Positions 1-9,263 of a stretch of 64,000 nucleotides of DNA are shown here, piece after piece. The position numbers and the translations under genes are program-made. Below the pieces are notes generated by a model. The model did not search any database. It was not told where the DNA came from and was given only the letters and a program-made list of their open reading frames with translations. Within the stretch, counting starts at the first letter, position 1. The number at the start of each line of letters is the position of its first letter. The stretch is from Acidimicrobiia bacterium (GTDB lineage: Bacteria > Actinomycetota > Acidimicrobiia > Spongiisociales > ZC4RG35). The stretch covers positions 1,280,001 through 1,344,000 of the forward strand of contig CBDBCY010000004.1 of NCBI GenBank assembly GCA_965203555.1. Reading direction: 5' to 3'.

Positions 1-705
1 GTCAAGGGCCTTCCCGACGAGGGAATGGACGTGGGAGAGGTGGCCGGGGCGGCCGTATACGGTCATGGGATTCTCGTCACCGGCACCGGTGCCCAGTTGA
101 ATCCTTACGCGGCATTCACCGACCCCGGCACTGGCGAGGTGGACGGCCCCCCTCATGCCGCCATCTCCTATGCGGGTTGCGTGGCGGAGGTGGAGGTAGA
201 CGACGTCACCGGCGAGGTCCGGGTCACCAAGCTGACCCAGTCCTACGACGTGGGCCGAGCGATCAACCCTTCGCTGGTGGAAGGCCAGATCCAGGGCGGA
301 GCGATCATGGGCCTGGGTCTGGGGGTACTGGAGACCAGTTATCCCTACTATCCCTCGGTCGAGCACCGGGGAAGCGGATTCGGGTCCTATTTCGCACCCA
401 GCCCACTGGATATGCCGGATCTGGAGACCATCATCATCGAGAACCCCTCCGAAGACGGTCCCTACGGCGCCAAGGGCATCGGCGAGATGGCCAACAACAG
501 CCAACCCGCCGCCATCGCCACCGCCGTCTACAACGCGATCGGCGTCTGGATCACCGAACTGCCCATTACGCCGGAGTCCGTGCTGAGGGCCCTGGAGAAG
601 AAGGCCGCCGGAGAAGACCAGCCCCGCAGGGAAGGCAAGATGGTGATCTTCGACGAGGAAATCTCGGTCAACACCGTCGGCGCCGGCCTGCAGTGGACCG
701 CCTGA
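1..705 (+). CDS. Xanthine dehydrogenase-family molybdopterin-binding subunit, C-terminal part (gene starts upstream of the window)
   Basis: Frame is open from base 1. Motifs VEVDDVTGEV, DVGRAINP..VEGQIQGG and GAKGIGE (catalytic Glu), then ELPITPE. Confidence 0.9.
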   Translation, partial: VKGLPDEGMDVGEVAGAAVYGHGILVTGTGAQLNPYAAFTDPGTGEVDGPPHAAISYAGCVAEVEVDDVTGEVRVTKLTQSYDVGRAINPSLVEGQIQGGAIMGLGLGVLETSYPYYPSVEHRGSGFGSYFAPSPLDMPDLETIIIENPSEDGPYGAKGIGEMANNSQPAAIATAVYNAIGVWITELPITPESVLRALEKKAAGEDQPRREGKMVIFDEEISVNTVGAGLQWTA

Positions 706-725
706 CCGAAACCTAACCAACAACC

Positions 726-773
726 GAAGAGGCGCTTCACGGCCCGACCCGGGTCACCGTGAAGCGCCTCTTC
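726..773. terminator. Perfect 17-bp inverted repeat, likely a bidirectional terminator between convergent genes
   Basis: GAAGAGGCGCTTCACGG (726-742) pairs with CCGTGAAGCGCCTCTTC (757-773). A second 9-bp hairpin lies at 795-815. Confidence 0.75.
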
Positions 774-877
774 ATTCACGTAGGGATCGGCTACCCATGA
801 CGATCCTCGTCATGGCCGCCGCCACGACCGCCATGTACGTACCGGTGCTCCCAGCCCTGGCGAACAGCAACCGAGTC

Positions 878-3800
878 CTACCTTCGTGGTAGGTGGTGGC
901 GGGTTTCGAGGAGTGGCACTTCCCAGTGGTCCTTTTGGATGAGGTGGCGGTATTCCTCTTTGCTGTCGTCTTTGGTGCGGGACACCATGGCGAGCACGGT
1001 GGTGGCATCACTTCTCGTGTCTCCCCGGGTCTGTCTCCACTGGCGTGCTGCCTCCTTTGAAAGCAGCGCTAGGTCTCTGCCCTTGGTGTCGCGCACGACT
1101 ACCGACCTTGTTCCGTTTGCAGTCAATGTGACTCTGCTGCCGGTGGCAATGTCGGATAACGCTTGGTGGATGGGGTGATCGGGCGGTTGGTTTCCGGCAT
1201 AGCTGAGATAGATACCCTCCAGCCCAAGCTGGGTGTAGCTGGTGCGGACTCGCTCTGCTTCATCGTGTGCAAACGTCCATGGCCGCTGGGCTACTTCGGG
1301 CCCTTGGATTTCGTTGATGTAGGGGAGTTGGTCGTCTTGGCGGTTGATGATTGTCAATGTGCTCATGGCCCTGGTCATGGCCACATAGAACAGACGCCTT
1401 TCTGCTTTTTTCAGTTCTGCTTCCTTGTCGTGGCGGTTGAGAGACTGGCGCCAATCGCCACCTAGGACTATGACATGGGGGAACTCTTTCCCCTTGGCAG
1501 CATGAACGGTTGCGACTAGCACCCCTTCCCCGATGAGATGTTCCCTCTTTGCCACGGCGAGTTGGTCGTGGATTGCTCTGGTCAGGTAGGTTCGCGGGCA
1601 GGGCTCTTCCCCCACGTCTTGTCCGATCTCGGCGAGGATGCGGTCGGCCATGACGGTCCAGAATGACTTCGCTCCGCAGATTGCGGCGAGGTGCCGTCTG
1701 ATCGTCGGTACTGCTATGTCTGAAATAGTTAGGTCCTCTAGATGGTCGAGTAGCCGACGGAACTCTCTGATTCTCTGTAGACGCGGCATCCCCTCGGGAA
1801 CAGGTCTTCTTATACGTATGCCGTTCCGTTCCAAATAGCCCCGGGTTGCGTTGGCCTCTTCCCAGGTCCGCGCCAAGACCGCGAAGTCGGTCCAGTCGGT
1901 TGCCTGGTGGAGTTTTCTGACCCTCTCGATGTATGCCGTGACCGCGGCGTCCGCTGCTAAACCGTCTTCTACATCCAGAAGGAGAACTTTTCCTCGGAGG
2001 ACAGGGTTCAACCTCTCCCAGTCGCCGCCCGCCGGGCGGTTTCGCCGGGCGTGGTTGATCCTGATGGCGCGGTGCTCTTTCATCCTTCCCCGGTTGTTTT
2101 CAATCAGACGGTTGGCTGTGTTGATGATGTTGGTGGTTGACCGGTAGTTTTCAACAAGGTATCGAATCTGGGCATTGAAGTCGCTTTTGTAGCGTTGAAT
2201 GAACTCTGTGTTGGCTCCTCTCCATTCGTAGATGGCCTGGTCGTCGTCTCCCACCGCCAGGATCGTGGCGTACCTGTCTTCGTCTCTGCCCGCTTTTCGG
2301 GCGATGTGGGTGAGCATCTCGTACTGGTCTTCGTCGATGTCTTGGTACTCGTCGACCAGGACGTGCTCGTATCCGGCCAATAGCCGGTCGCGGAGGTCGT
2401 CCGCCGCAACTCCTTCTATGTTTTCGTCACCCTGTAGCCGCCGATTGGCCGCTCGGATCATCTCCTTGAAGAATTTTTCAATGGTCTGGTCTTCTCTCGC
2501 TTTCCGTTCCTTGGAGATTCCTTGGTCTTCTTTCGCTTTCCGTTCCTCAACCAGGGAGCGTTCACAGATTCTGAGAGCCAGCGAGTGGTAGGTGTGGATC
2601 GCCACCTGCCGGGCCAAGTCTCCCACCAGGGCCCTGATTCGTGAACGCAACTCGTACATGGCGGTCCGGTTGTAGCAAATCACGAGGATCCGTTCGGGCC
2701 GGATACGTTCCACTTGGAGCAGATAGGCACAGCGGTGGACGACTACCCGCGTCTTCCCGGATCCGGGACCCGCCAGCACGAGCAGGTTGTCGTCTCTGCG
2801 CGCGGTGACGATTCGTTGTTGGGCGGCGTTATGCAGATTGTCGACAATTTCCTCATAGCGTTCCCGCGAAGTGGGCAGCTTGACGGTGGCAGCGTTTGGA
2901 AAGTACTGCCGGCGGAACCTGGATTGGGGCATGCCGAAATAGCTGTTTACCAACTCCTGGCTTGCTCCCGCTCTGCCGTTCGTTGCTTCTTCCACGTAAC
3001 GGCCTATGGCGTGAACTTGGAACTCTCGAGCTTTGTAATGGTCGGCGAGTGGTTTGTAGTCCTTTTCCGAGTAGCGGCGGTTCCTGGCCTCGTCCAGCAT
3101 TTTGATGGTCATGGCTTGGCGGAACAGCGACAACCCGTGCTCCAGGCGTATAGTGTCGTGCTCGTCCAAGAAGAGCAGCGTCTTCTCCAGTGCTGTGAAC
3201 CTGTCGCTTATCTCTGAGGAGAGTTGTAAATGATCTTCGAGTGCCCTGCCCATGTCGTCCAGGGAGAACAGGATGAGTCGCTCGCCTCTTTCGGCAACTT
3301 TGGCCATCTCGTTGAGGATTACCCTGCCTACCTCGGTTCGGAGATCAAGTTGACGGCGCAGGTCCGGCCAATTGGAGTGCAGCCCCACATGGATGGACCC
3401 GTAGCCGCTGCTTTTGAGAGCGACAGTTTCGCCGAAACCCTTGCGTTCCCATCCCCTGAGGAGCTTCAGCAGCCCTTCGTTCAGCAGGCTTCTCTTCCTC
3501 TCCCGTAGTCGTGTCTGCAGGCCCGCCAGTGTCACTTCCGCCTCCCCGTTCTGGATCAGGTCGGGATAATGCTGCTCCAATACCTCGCACAGATCAGTCT
3601 GTGCTTCATGTACCCGTTCGAGCCTGGCTTTGGAATGGTCGGTCGTTTGGTGGCGGAACCAGGCGGAGAAGTGGACTCCCCGTTTGAGCACTCCGGCCTC
3701 TCCCATGTGGAAAAGCATGCGGATAATCTCCCGATTGGCTGCTTCATTGACCAGCCGGGGGTTACCGTTGTAGCGGCGTTTCAGAGAGGCGAACAGGGAC

Positions 3801-6205
3801 CTGAACGCCGGCCGCCCAGCCAGGTGGTCAATATCGATCCCTGCCCGGGGATCGGAGTCTCGGAGAAGGTCCACGGTTGTAGACCACCTGGCGGACTCCG
3901 CACGAGAAAGATCCAACGTGGCGATGATCTTGTCCGTGTCTGTATCGGACACGGCCGGGATTCCCTGGAAGAGACGGGTCCTGTTCTCGTTTCGCAGCAC
4001 GAAGAGTGCCCGCTCCAGCCAGGAAATGGCTACCCGTACCTTGGAGGTGGCGTCTCTGTCTTCTGGGTCAAACGACGTGAGAGTCTCGGGTACTCTCAGC
4101 AAGTCTCCCGTTGACACCACTATCTCGGTGCTCTTCTTCTTGCGTACCCGGCGAATGGCCCTGAGGATTTGCGCCAGATCTCGTTTGGTGATCTGGCCCC
4201 GCGACAGCAGGTCGAACTGGCGGTCCAAGTCTCCTTTGGTGAATAGCAACACGCAATCCGCTGGTGCACCGTCTCTTCCAGCTCGGCCTGCTTCTTGCAG
4301 GTAGTTTTCGATAGACGACGGCACGTCCGCGTGTACGACTAGACGAACATTGTCTTTGTCAACCCCCATCCCGAAGGCGTTGGTGGCAACGATTACCGGT
4401 GTGTTCCCTGATACGAAGTCGTCTTGGATGTTCTTCTTGTCCGGTGGGTCCATGCCTCCATGGAAGTACTGAGCCGCCCACCCCCGGTTCTGAAGCGCTT
4501 CTGCTATATCTTCTGTGCGACGGTGGGTCCGTGCGTACACTATCGCGGTGCCGATGAACCTTTTGCTGGCAGGACTGCCCAGCTTGTCTGCAAGCAGGTT
4601 GTGGATGCGCGACTCTTTCTGTGCGGTGGTGACTTCCTCAACGTGATATGAAAGGTTGTCGCGGTCTACACGGTCGGCTGAGAAGACCCTGAGTCTTTGA
4701 CCTAGATGATCCTCGAAGTAGCCGCATATCTCGTCGCGGACAGCTTGCGTGGCGGTGGCGGTGAAACAGGCCACCGGGGCGAGTGGGACTCCTTCCCTCT
4801 CGGAGAACTCCCTGATAAACCGTCCCGCGTAGTAGTAATCCGGCCTGAATTCGTGCCCCCACTGGGCCAAACAATGAGCCTCGTCGAACACCCACGCCGC
4901 TATGTTCCGCTGGCGGACAGTCCGCTCGAAGGTTGGGTTGCGCAGCTGCTCCGGGGAAACATAGAGAATCGCGAACTTGCCGAGGCGCACACCTTCCAAG
5001 GTGTCGTATCGCTCGGGCATGGTCTGGAGGCCGTTCAAGGTTGCTGCCAGATTCGGGCTTCCAGTCTTGTTGTTGAGGCCATCCACCTGGTCTCTCATCA
5101 GCGCCTGGAGTGGGGACACAACAACCGTCAATACGCCGGACTGCTTGTAGCGCAAAATAGCGGGCAGTTGGAAACACAGCGACTTGCCACCACCAGTAGG
5201 CATGATCCCCAGCAGGGGAAACCCCTCCAGCATGGTCGTGGTGATTCGCTCCTGAAGGCTTTCCCCCTCCGCGGTGGCTGGCGAGGGACGGAACTCCGAG
5301 TAGCGGAAGTACCGATGCAGGTTACTTCTGGGGTCATGCTGTGTCTTGCAGTACCCGCACGAACCGACTCCACAAGGGACGCTACGCAGGTCACGTATAA
5401 GGCGACCAGCATGTGGGAACTGAAAGTGAACCCACCTGGGAAGAACCGATTCGGTTTCGGCAACCAACATCCAAGCCAACGCGTAAGCAATCGCCGGTCG
5501 AGTTTGCGGGTTGATCGCAAGTTCAAGGATCTGTCTGCGGGCCGCTCGGTGGCAGAATACCTCTCCTGCCAACTCGGTGAACCGAGACTCGATTTCCCAA
5601 TCCCGAAGCCGGCGGCCGCCCAGGGCTTCCAAGAAGTCTCCCGTTCCCCCGTCGAAACATGACCTGTAAACATCGAGAAGCCCCTTGTACCGGCGACCCC
5701 ACTCGCCCAGCAGCGACCAGCATTCCCCGAGAAGATCACGGCTGAGTTTGCAGTCCTCGAGGGGATTGCTCTGTTCCGGCCCTAGCTTGTAGTCTTTCAC
5801 CAACCTGTGATACGGACGCTGTGGACTTGCCAAGGGAGACAGATAGAGCGTATCCACCAACGGCAACTGGAGCAACGGTGACGATGGAATCAGCCCCTCG
5901 ACAAAGCGCCGGTCGTGGGCAACAATGTTGTGTCCCGCGACAAACCGTGCATCACCCGCGAGATCAGTTAGGCGATCCATGATCTCTCGGGCCTGCTGCT
6001 CTGTTCGAATAACGGGTTCGTGCAGTTCTCGTTCTCCGTACAGACCCGCCAACGCCCTCACAGGAGACAATCCCGGCTCAACAGGACCAGAAACGGTCTC
6101 AAGATCGACAAACACACATCGGTCAGCGAAGGGTTGTTGAGCCGACCCGGCGCCCTCCTCATAGCCTGAACCATCCATCACCCTCTCCGAGTGGACATCT
6201 GTCAT
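878..6205 (-). CDS. Large fusion: DEDD 3'-5' exonuclease-like domain + RecQ-family SF2 helicase + UvrD-family SF1 helicase
   Basis: Exonuclease: FVDLET, GHNIVAHD, LVDTL. RecQ: PTGGGKSLCFQLP, DEAHCLAQWGHEFRPDY, ATNAFGMGVDK, QEAGRAGRDG. UvrD: AGPGSGKT, VDEYQD, VGDDDQAIY, NYRST, TVHAAKGKEF, ERRLFYVAMTRA. Confidence 0.9.
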   Translation of the reverse strand: MTDVHSERVMDGSGYEEGAGSAQQPFADRCVFVDLETVSGPVEPGLSPVRALAGLYGERELHEPVIRTEQQAREIMDRLTDLAGDARFVAGHNIVAHDRRFVEGLIPSSPLLQLPLVDTLYLSPLASPQRPYHRLVKDYKLGPEQSNPLEDCKLSRDLLGECWSLLGEWGRRYKGLLDVYRSCFDGGTGDFLEALGGRRLRDWEIESRFTELAGEVFCHRAARRQILELAINPQTRPAIAYALAWMLVAETESVLPRWVHFQFPHAGRLIRDLRSVPCGVGSCGYCKTQHDPRSNLHRYFRYSEFRPSPATAEGESLQERITTTMLEGFPLLGIMPTGGGKSLCFQLPAILRYKQSGVLTVVVSPLQALMRDQVDGLNNKTGSPNLAATLNGLQTMPERYDTLEGVRLGKFAILYVSPEQLRNPTFERTVRQRNIAAWVFDEAHCLAQWGHEFRPDYYYAGRFIREFSEREGVPLAPVACFTATATQAVRDEICGYFEDHLGQRLRVFSADRVDRDNLSYHVEEVTTAQKESRIHNLLADKLGSPASKRFIGTAIVYARTHRRTEDIAEALQNRGWAAQYFHGGMDPPDKKNIQDDFVSGNTPVIVATNAFGMGVDKDNVRLVVHADVPSSIENYLQEAGRAGRDGAPADCVLLFTKGDLDRQFDLLSRGQITKRDLAQILRAIRRVRKKKSTEIVVSTGDLLRVPETLTSFDPEDRDATSKVRVAISWLERALFVLRNENRTRLFQGIPAVSDTDTDKIIATLDLSRAESARWSTTVDLLRDSDPRAGIDIDHLAGRPAFRSLFASLKRRYNGNPRLVNEAANREIIRMLFHMGEAGVLKRGVHFSAWFRHQTTDHSKARLERVHEAQTDLCEVLEQHYPDLIQNGEAEVTLAGLQTRLRERKRSLLNEGLLKLLRGWERKGFGETVALKSSGYGSIHVGLHSNWPDLRRQLDLRTEVGRVILNEMAKVAERGERLILFSLDDMGRALEDHLQLSSEISDRFTALEKTLLFLDEHDTIRLEHGLSLFRQAMTIKMLDEARNRRYSEKDYKPLADHYKAREFQVHAIGRYVEEATNGRAGASQELVNSYFGMPQSRFRRQYFPNAATVKLPTSRERYEEIVDNLHNAAQQRIVTARRDDNLLVLAGPGSGKTRVVVHRCAYLLQVERIRPERILVICYNRTAMYELRSRIRALVGDLARQVAIHTYHSLALRICERSLVEERKAKEDQGISKERKAREDQTIEKFFKEMIRAANRRLQGDENIEGVAADDLRDRLLAGYEHVLVDEYQDIDEDQYEMLTHIARKAGRDEDRYATILAVGDDDQAIYEWRGANTEFIQRYKSDFNAQIRYLVENYRSTTNIINTANRLIENNRGRMKEHRAIRINHARRNRPAGGDWERLNPVLRGKVLLLDVEDGLAADAAVTAYIERVRKLHQATDWTDFAVLARTWEEANATRGYLERNGIRIRRPVPEGMPRLQRIREFRRLLDHLEDLTISDIAVPTIRRHLAAICGAKSFWTVMADRILAEIGQDVGEEPCPRTYLTRAIHDQLAVAKREHLIGEGVLVATVHAAKGKEFPHVIVLGGDWRQSLNRHDKEAELKKAERRLFYVAMTRAMSTLTIINRQDDQLPYINEIQGPEVAQRPWTFAHDEAERVRTSYTQLGLEGIYLSYAGNQPPDHPIHQALSDIATGSRVTLTANGTRSVVVRDTKGRDLALLSKEAARQWRQTRGDTRSDATTVLAMVSRTKDDSKEEYRHLIQKDHWEVPLLETRHHLPRR
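2487..2547. repeat. In-frame tandem duplication with 36-bp period (ERKAKEDQ/ERKAREDQ)
   Basis: tggtcttctctcgctttccgttcct at 2487 and tggtcttctttcgctttccgttcct at 2523. Confidence 0.8.
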
Positions 6206-6450
6206 ACCATGCTTCTGGCCTGCGACATCAATGATGCTTTGCGTAGGGATAGCAACACCAGCAACTGTACCCGACTCCCCTTTATGACAAAGGCAGTGGG
6301 AAGAGGGAATACCTCGGATTAACCTGGCGATAAGGAGGACATCGAGGTCGATGAATCGCCTGTCTTGCCTCTTTCAGAATCAGGTTCAAGTTTCTTGAAA
6401 GCCACCACCAACAACTCTGGTCACCCACAGACCCCCATGAATAATCGGGG

Positions 6451-7986
6451 CTAGTTGACGGCCTTGTCCATGCCTTCCCAGTAGGGGGCGCGCAGCTTGA
6501 ACTTCTGGAGTTTGCCGGTGGCGGTGCGGGCCAGCTCCGCGCGGAACTCCACCGAGGTGGGGCACTTGTAGTGGGCGATGAGATCCCGGCAGTGGTTGAT
6601 GAGGTCTTCGGGCGTCACTTCGGCGCCGGGAGCCAGGACCACCAGTGCCTTGACCGTCTCGCCCCACTTGTCATGGGGAACACCGATGACGGCCACTTCG
6701 GCAACGGACGGATGGGAGAACAATGCGTCCTCCACCTCAATGGACGAGACGTTCTCGCCGCCGGAGATGATGACGTCCTTCTTGCGGTCGGTGATGGTGT
6801 AGTAGCCGTCGTCGTCGGTGTAGCCCCCGTCCCCTGTGTGGAACCAGCCGTCCACGATGGCTTCGGCGGTGTCTCCGGGCTGCTCCCAGTAACCCTCAAG
6901 CACATGGTTGGTGCGCGCCAGAAACTCGCCGTCCGGGCTCACGGCCATGCGCACGCCGAGACCTGGCACACCCTGGCGGGCAAGTTTCCGGGCTCTCTCA
7001 GCCGGGGACAGGTGGTCCCACTCGGCGCGAGCACGGTTCATGGTGAGCAGGGGCGCCGTCTCGGTGAGACCGTAAAGATGGATGAACTCCCAGCCCAGTT
7101 CCGTCTCTATCCGCTCAATAGTGCGGGTGGGCGGCGGTGCACCGGCCACCACTATGCGGGTACGGCCCGCACCGGGGATGGGTCCGTCCCATCCGGCGGC
7201 GGCGTCGAGGATAGCCGCCACTACCGCAGGCGCACCGCACATGATCGTGATGTCGTGCTCGGCCACCCGGCGCAGGATCTCGGCGCCGTCCACCTTGCGC
7301 AACACCACCTGCTTGGCTCCCATGCCAACCAGTGCATAGGGCATCCCCCATCCGTTGCAGTGGAACATGGGCAGGGTGTGCAGATAGTTGTCGCGGTCGC
7401 TCACCGTCGCCTGCCAGCCGAAGACCGCCGCGTTGAGCCACAGACTGCGGTGGGTCTGCTGAACGCCCTTGGGCCGGGCGGTCGTGCCCGAGGTGTAATT
7501 GATAACTGCGGTTTCATCCTCATCGGGCGTCCATGGCCGAAGAGTCGCACCGAAGCGGAACATCGCCTTATCAGAATCGACACCCAGCACGAACTTGTGT
7601 CGACACTCGACAGGCGCCAGTTTGTCGGCCAGTTCAGGATCGACCAATAATATGTCGGCGCCGCAATGCTCGACGATGTAGGCCACCTCGTCGGTGCTGA
7701 GCCGGAAGTTGACGGGCACGAACACCCGGCCGTTCCCGCTCACTCCCCAAAAAGAGGTGAGCAGGCGCCCGGCGTTATGCGACACCATGGCGACGCGTCC
7801 ACCCATCGGCACGCCCAGTGCATCGAGCCCAGCCCCCATGGCATCAGCCAACTCTCCCAGACGCGAGAACGTCACCTCCCCCATCGAAGGGGCGGGCTGA
7901 TCAGACTCATCGACAAAGGCCACCCGGTTGGGATAAACAGCCAGAGCCCGGTCAAGGTGATCACGGATTGTGAGAGGAACCTTCAT
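6451..7986 (-). CDS. AMP-binding acyl-CoA synthetase (long-chain fatty acid-CoA ligase family)
   Basis: YTSGTTARPKG, YGLTE, GWFHTGD, DRKKDVIISGGENV, TGKLQK. Start placed at MKVPL; an in-frame ATG at 7995 is an alternative. Confidence 0.9.
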   Translation of the reverse strand: MKVPLTIRDHLDRALAVYPNRVAFVDESDQPAPSMGEVTFSRLGELADAMGAGLDALGVPMGGRVAMVSHNAGRLLTSFWGVSGNGRVFVPVNFRLSTDEVAYIVEHCGADILLVDPELADKLAPVECRHKFVLGVDSDKAMFRFGATLRPWTPDEDETAVINYTSGTTARPKGVQQTHRSLWLNAAVFGWQATVSDRDNYLHTLPMFHCNGWGMPYALVGMGAKQVVLRKVDGAEILRRVAEHDITIMCGAPAVVAAILDAAAGWDGPIPGAGRTRIVVAGAPPPTRTIERIETELGWEFIHLYGLTETAPLLTMNRARAEWDHLSPAERARKLARQGVPGLGVRMAVSPDGEFLARTNHVLEGYWEQPGDTAEAIVDGWFHTGDGGYTDDDGYYTITDRKKDVIISGGENVSSIEVEDALFSHPSVAEVAVIGVPHDKWGETVKALVVLAPGAEVTPEDLINHCRDLIAHYKCPTSVEFRAELARTATGKLQKFKLRAPYWEGMDKAVN

Positions 7987-8059
7987 GTCCCCCATTTTAA
8001 GGCAGGCACAGCCCGAACCGCTGGTGATGGCTAACACCATTTGAGGGCAATCCCGACTC

Positions 8060-8094
8060 AACGAAGAAACGGCCCCGGCTTCTACCGGGGCCGT
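8060..8094 (-). terminator. Intrinsic terminator
   Basis: 10-bp perfect stem ACGGCCCCGG/CCGGGGCCGT (8069-8094) followed on the minus strand by TTCTTCGTT. Confidence 0.7.
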
Positions 8095-8335
8095 CGGCCT
8101 CGGACTACTCGCCCGAGGGGGGTACACCGGTGACGATAACACGGTACTGTGACATCCTTCAAGTATCGTGGTGATTCTTGTGATAAACGGGGAGCGGGTT
8201 GTCAGTTACATCGATGGATACAACCTAATACCACTTTCACGATATCCCAAAGGGTGATCCGGTCTAGTCGACTGCCTGATCCCGTTATAACGTCATCAGG
8301 GAAGAACTCAACGCTCCGACCGGCTGGCTTCCGAC

Positions 8336-9097
8336 CTACACCACGCTCCAGCCGCCGTCCACGAACAGGGTGTGGCCGGTGACGTAACTGCCGGTGGCGC
8401 CTGCCAGGAAGACCACGGCTTGGGCTACCTCTTTGGGTTGGCCGTACCGCCCCAGAGGGACGGAGGCTTCAACGGCGGCCACCTGCTCGGCGGTGGCGGG
8501 ATCACTGCGAAACGGGGCGTTCATCGATGTTGCCGTGGGTCCCGGCGCCACCGCATTGACCCTGACCCCGAACTCGCTCCACTCCGCCGCCATGGTCTTG
8601 GTCAGGCCGATCATGCCGGCTTTGGCGGCCGCGTTGGCGGCCAGTCGGGGAAAGGCGAACGGACCGGCGATGGAGGCTATGTTCACCACCGATCCTGAAC
8701 GCTGGCTGATGAGATAGGGAGCGGCTGCTCGAGTGACGTAGAACACCGATGAGAGGTTGGTGGCGATTATGCGTTCCCATTCGGAGACCTCCAACTCCTC
8801 CACCCGGGCAAGGCGTCCCCGTTGGCCGGCGTTGTTCACCACCACATCCAGTCCCCCCAACTGGGCGACCAGGCTCCCCACGGCTGATTCGACCGCCTGC
8901 TGGTCGGTCACATCGCAAGGGACGACCACTCCGTTGGATGGCCCGATCAATTCCAGCGTCTCCTCCAGACCCGGGCGACGGCGGGCCATCAGCGCCACCT
9001 GGGCGCCTTCCCGGGCCAGCCCCATGGCAATGGCCCGACCGATACCCTGACTTGCGCCGGTAACCAACGCCACCTTGCCGTTCAGTTGCGTTTCCAT
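8336..9097 (-). CDS. SDR family oxidoreductase (paralog 1; catalytic Tyr replaced by Asn)
   Basis: TGASQGIG, VVNNAG, NIAS, NAAAK in place of YxxxK, VDGG. AGGAGG lies upstream of METQL. Confidence 0.88.
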   Translation of the reverse strand: METQLNGKVALVTGASQGIGRAIAMGLAREGAQVALMARRRPGLEETLELIGPSNGVVVPCDVTDQQAVESAVGSLVAQLGGLDVVVNNAGQRGRLARVEELEVSEWERIIATNLSSVFYVTRAAAPYLISQRSGSVVNIASIAGPFAFPRLAANAAAKAGMIGLTKTMAAEWSEFGVRVNAVAPGPTATSMNAPFRSDPATAEQVAAVEASVPLGRYGQPKEVAQAVVFLAGATGSYVTGHTLFVDGGWSVV

Positions 9098-9263
9098 GGC
9101 CTTGCCCGACCTCCTTTGCTCAACATGTGCACACGCTTGACTTCTCACTCCAATCCCTGATGGCCCACCCTGGTGAGCGAAACCTCTCCTCGGCCGAGGC
9201 GGCCCGTCGGGGTATTCGAATATCCTAGAAGGCCGCCGCCGGAGATGGCCGATCCAACCCCTC

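Noticed and set aside
6255-6295. RecA-NDp-like promoter upstream of the RecQ-UvrD gene (TTGTCA...TACAGT on the minus strand)
   Set aside because: The spacing is about 4 nt too long for the motif, so it is not supportable.
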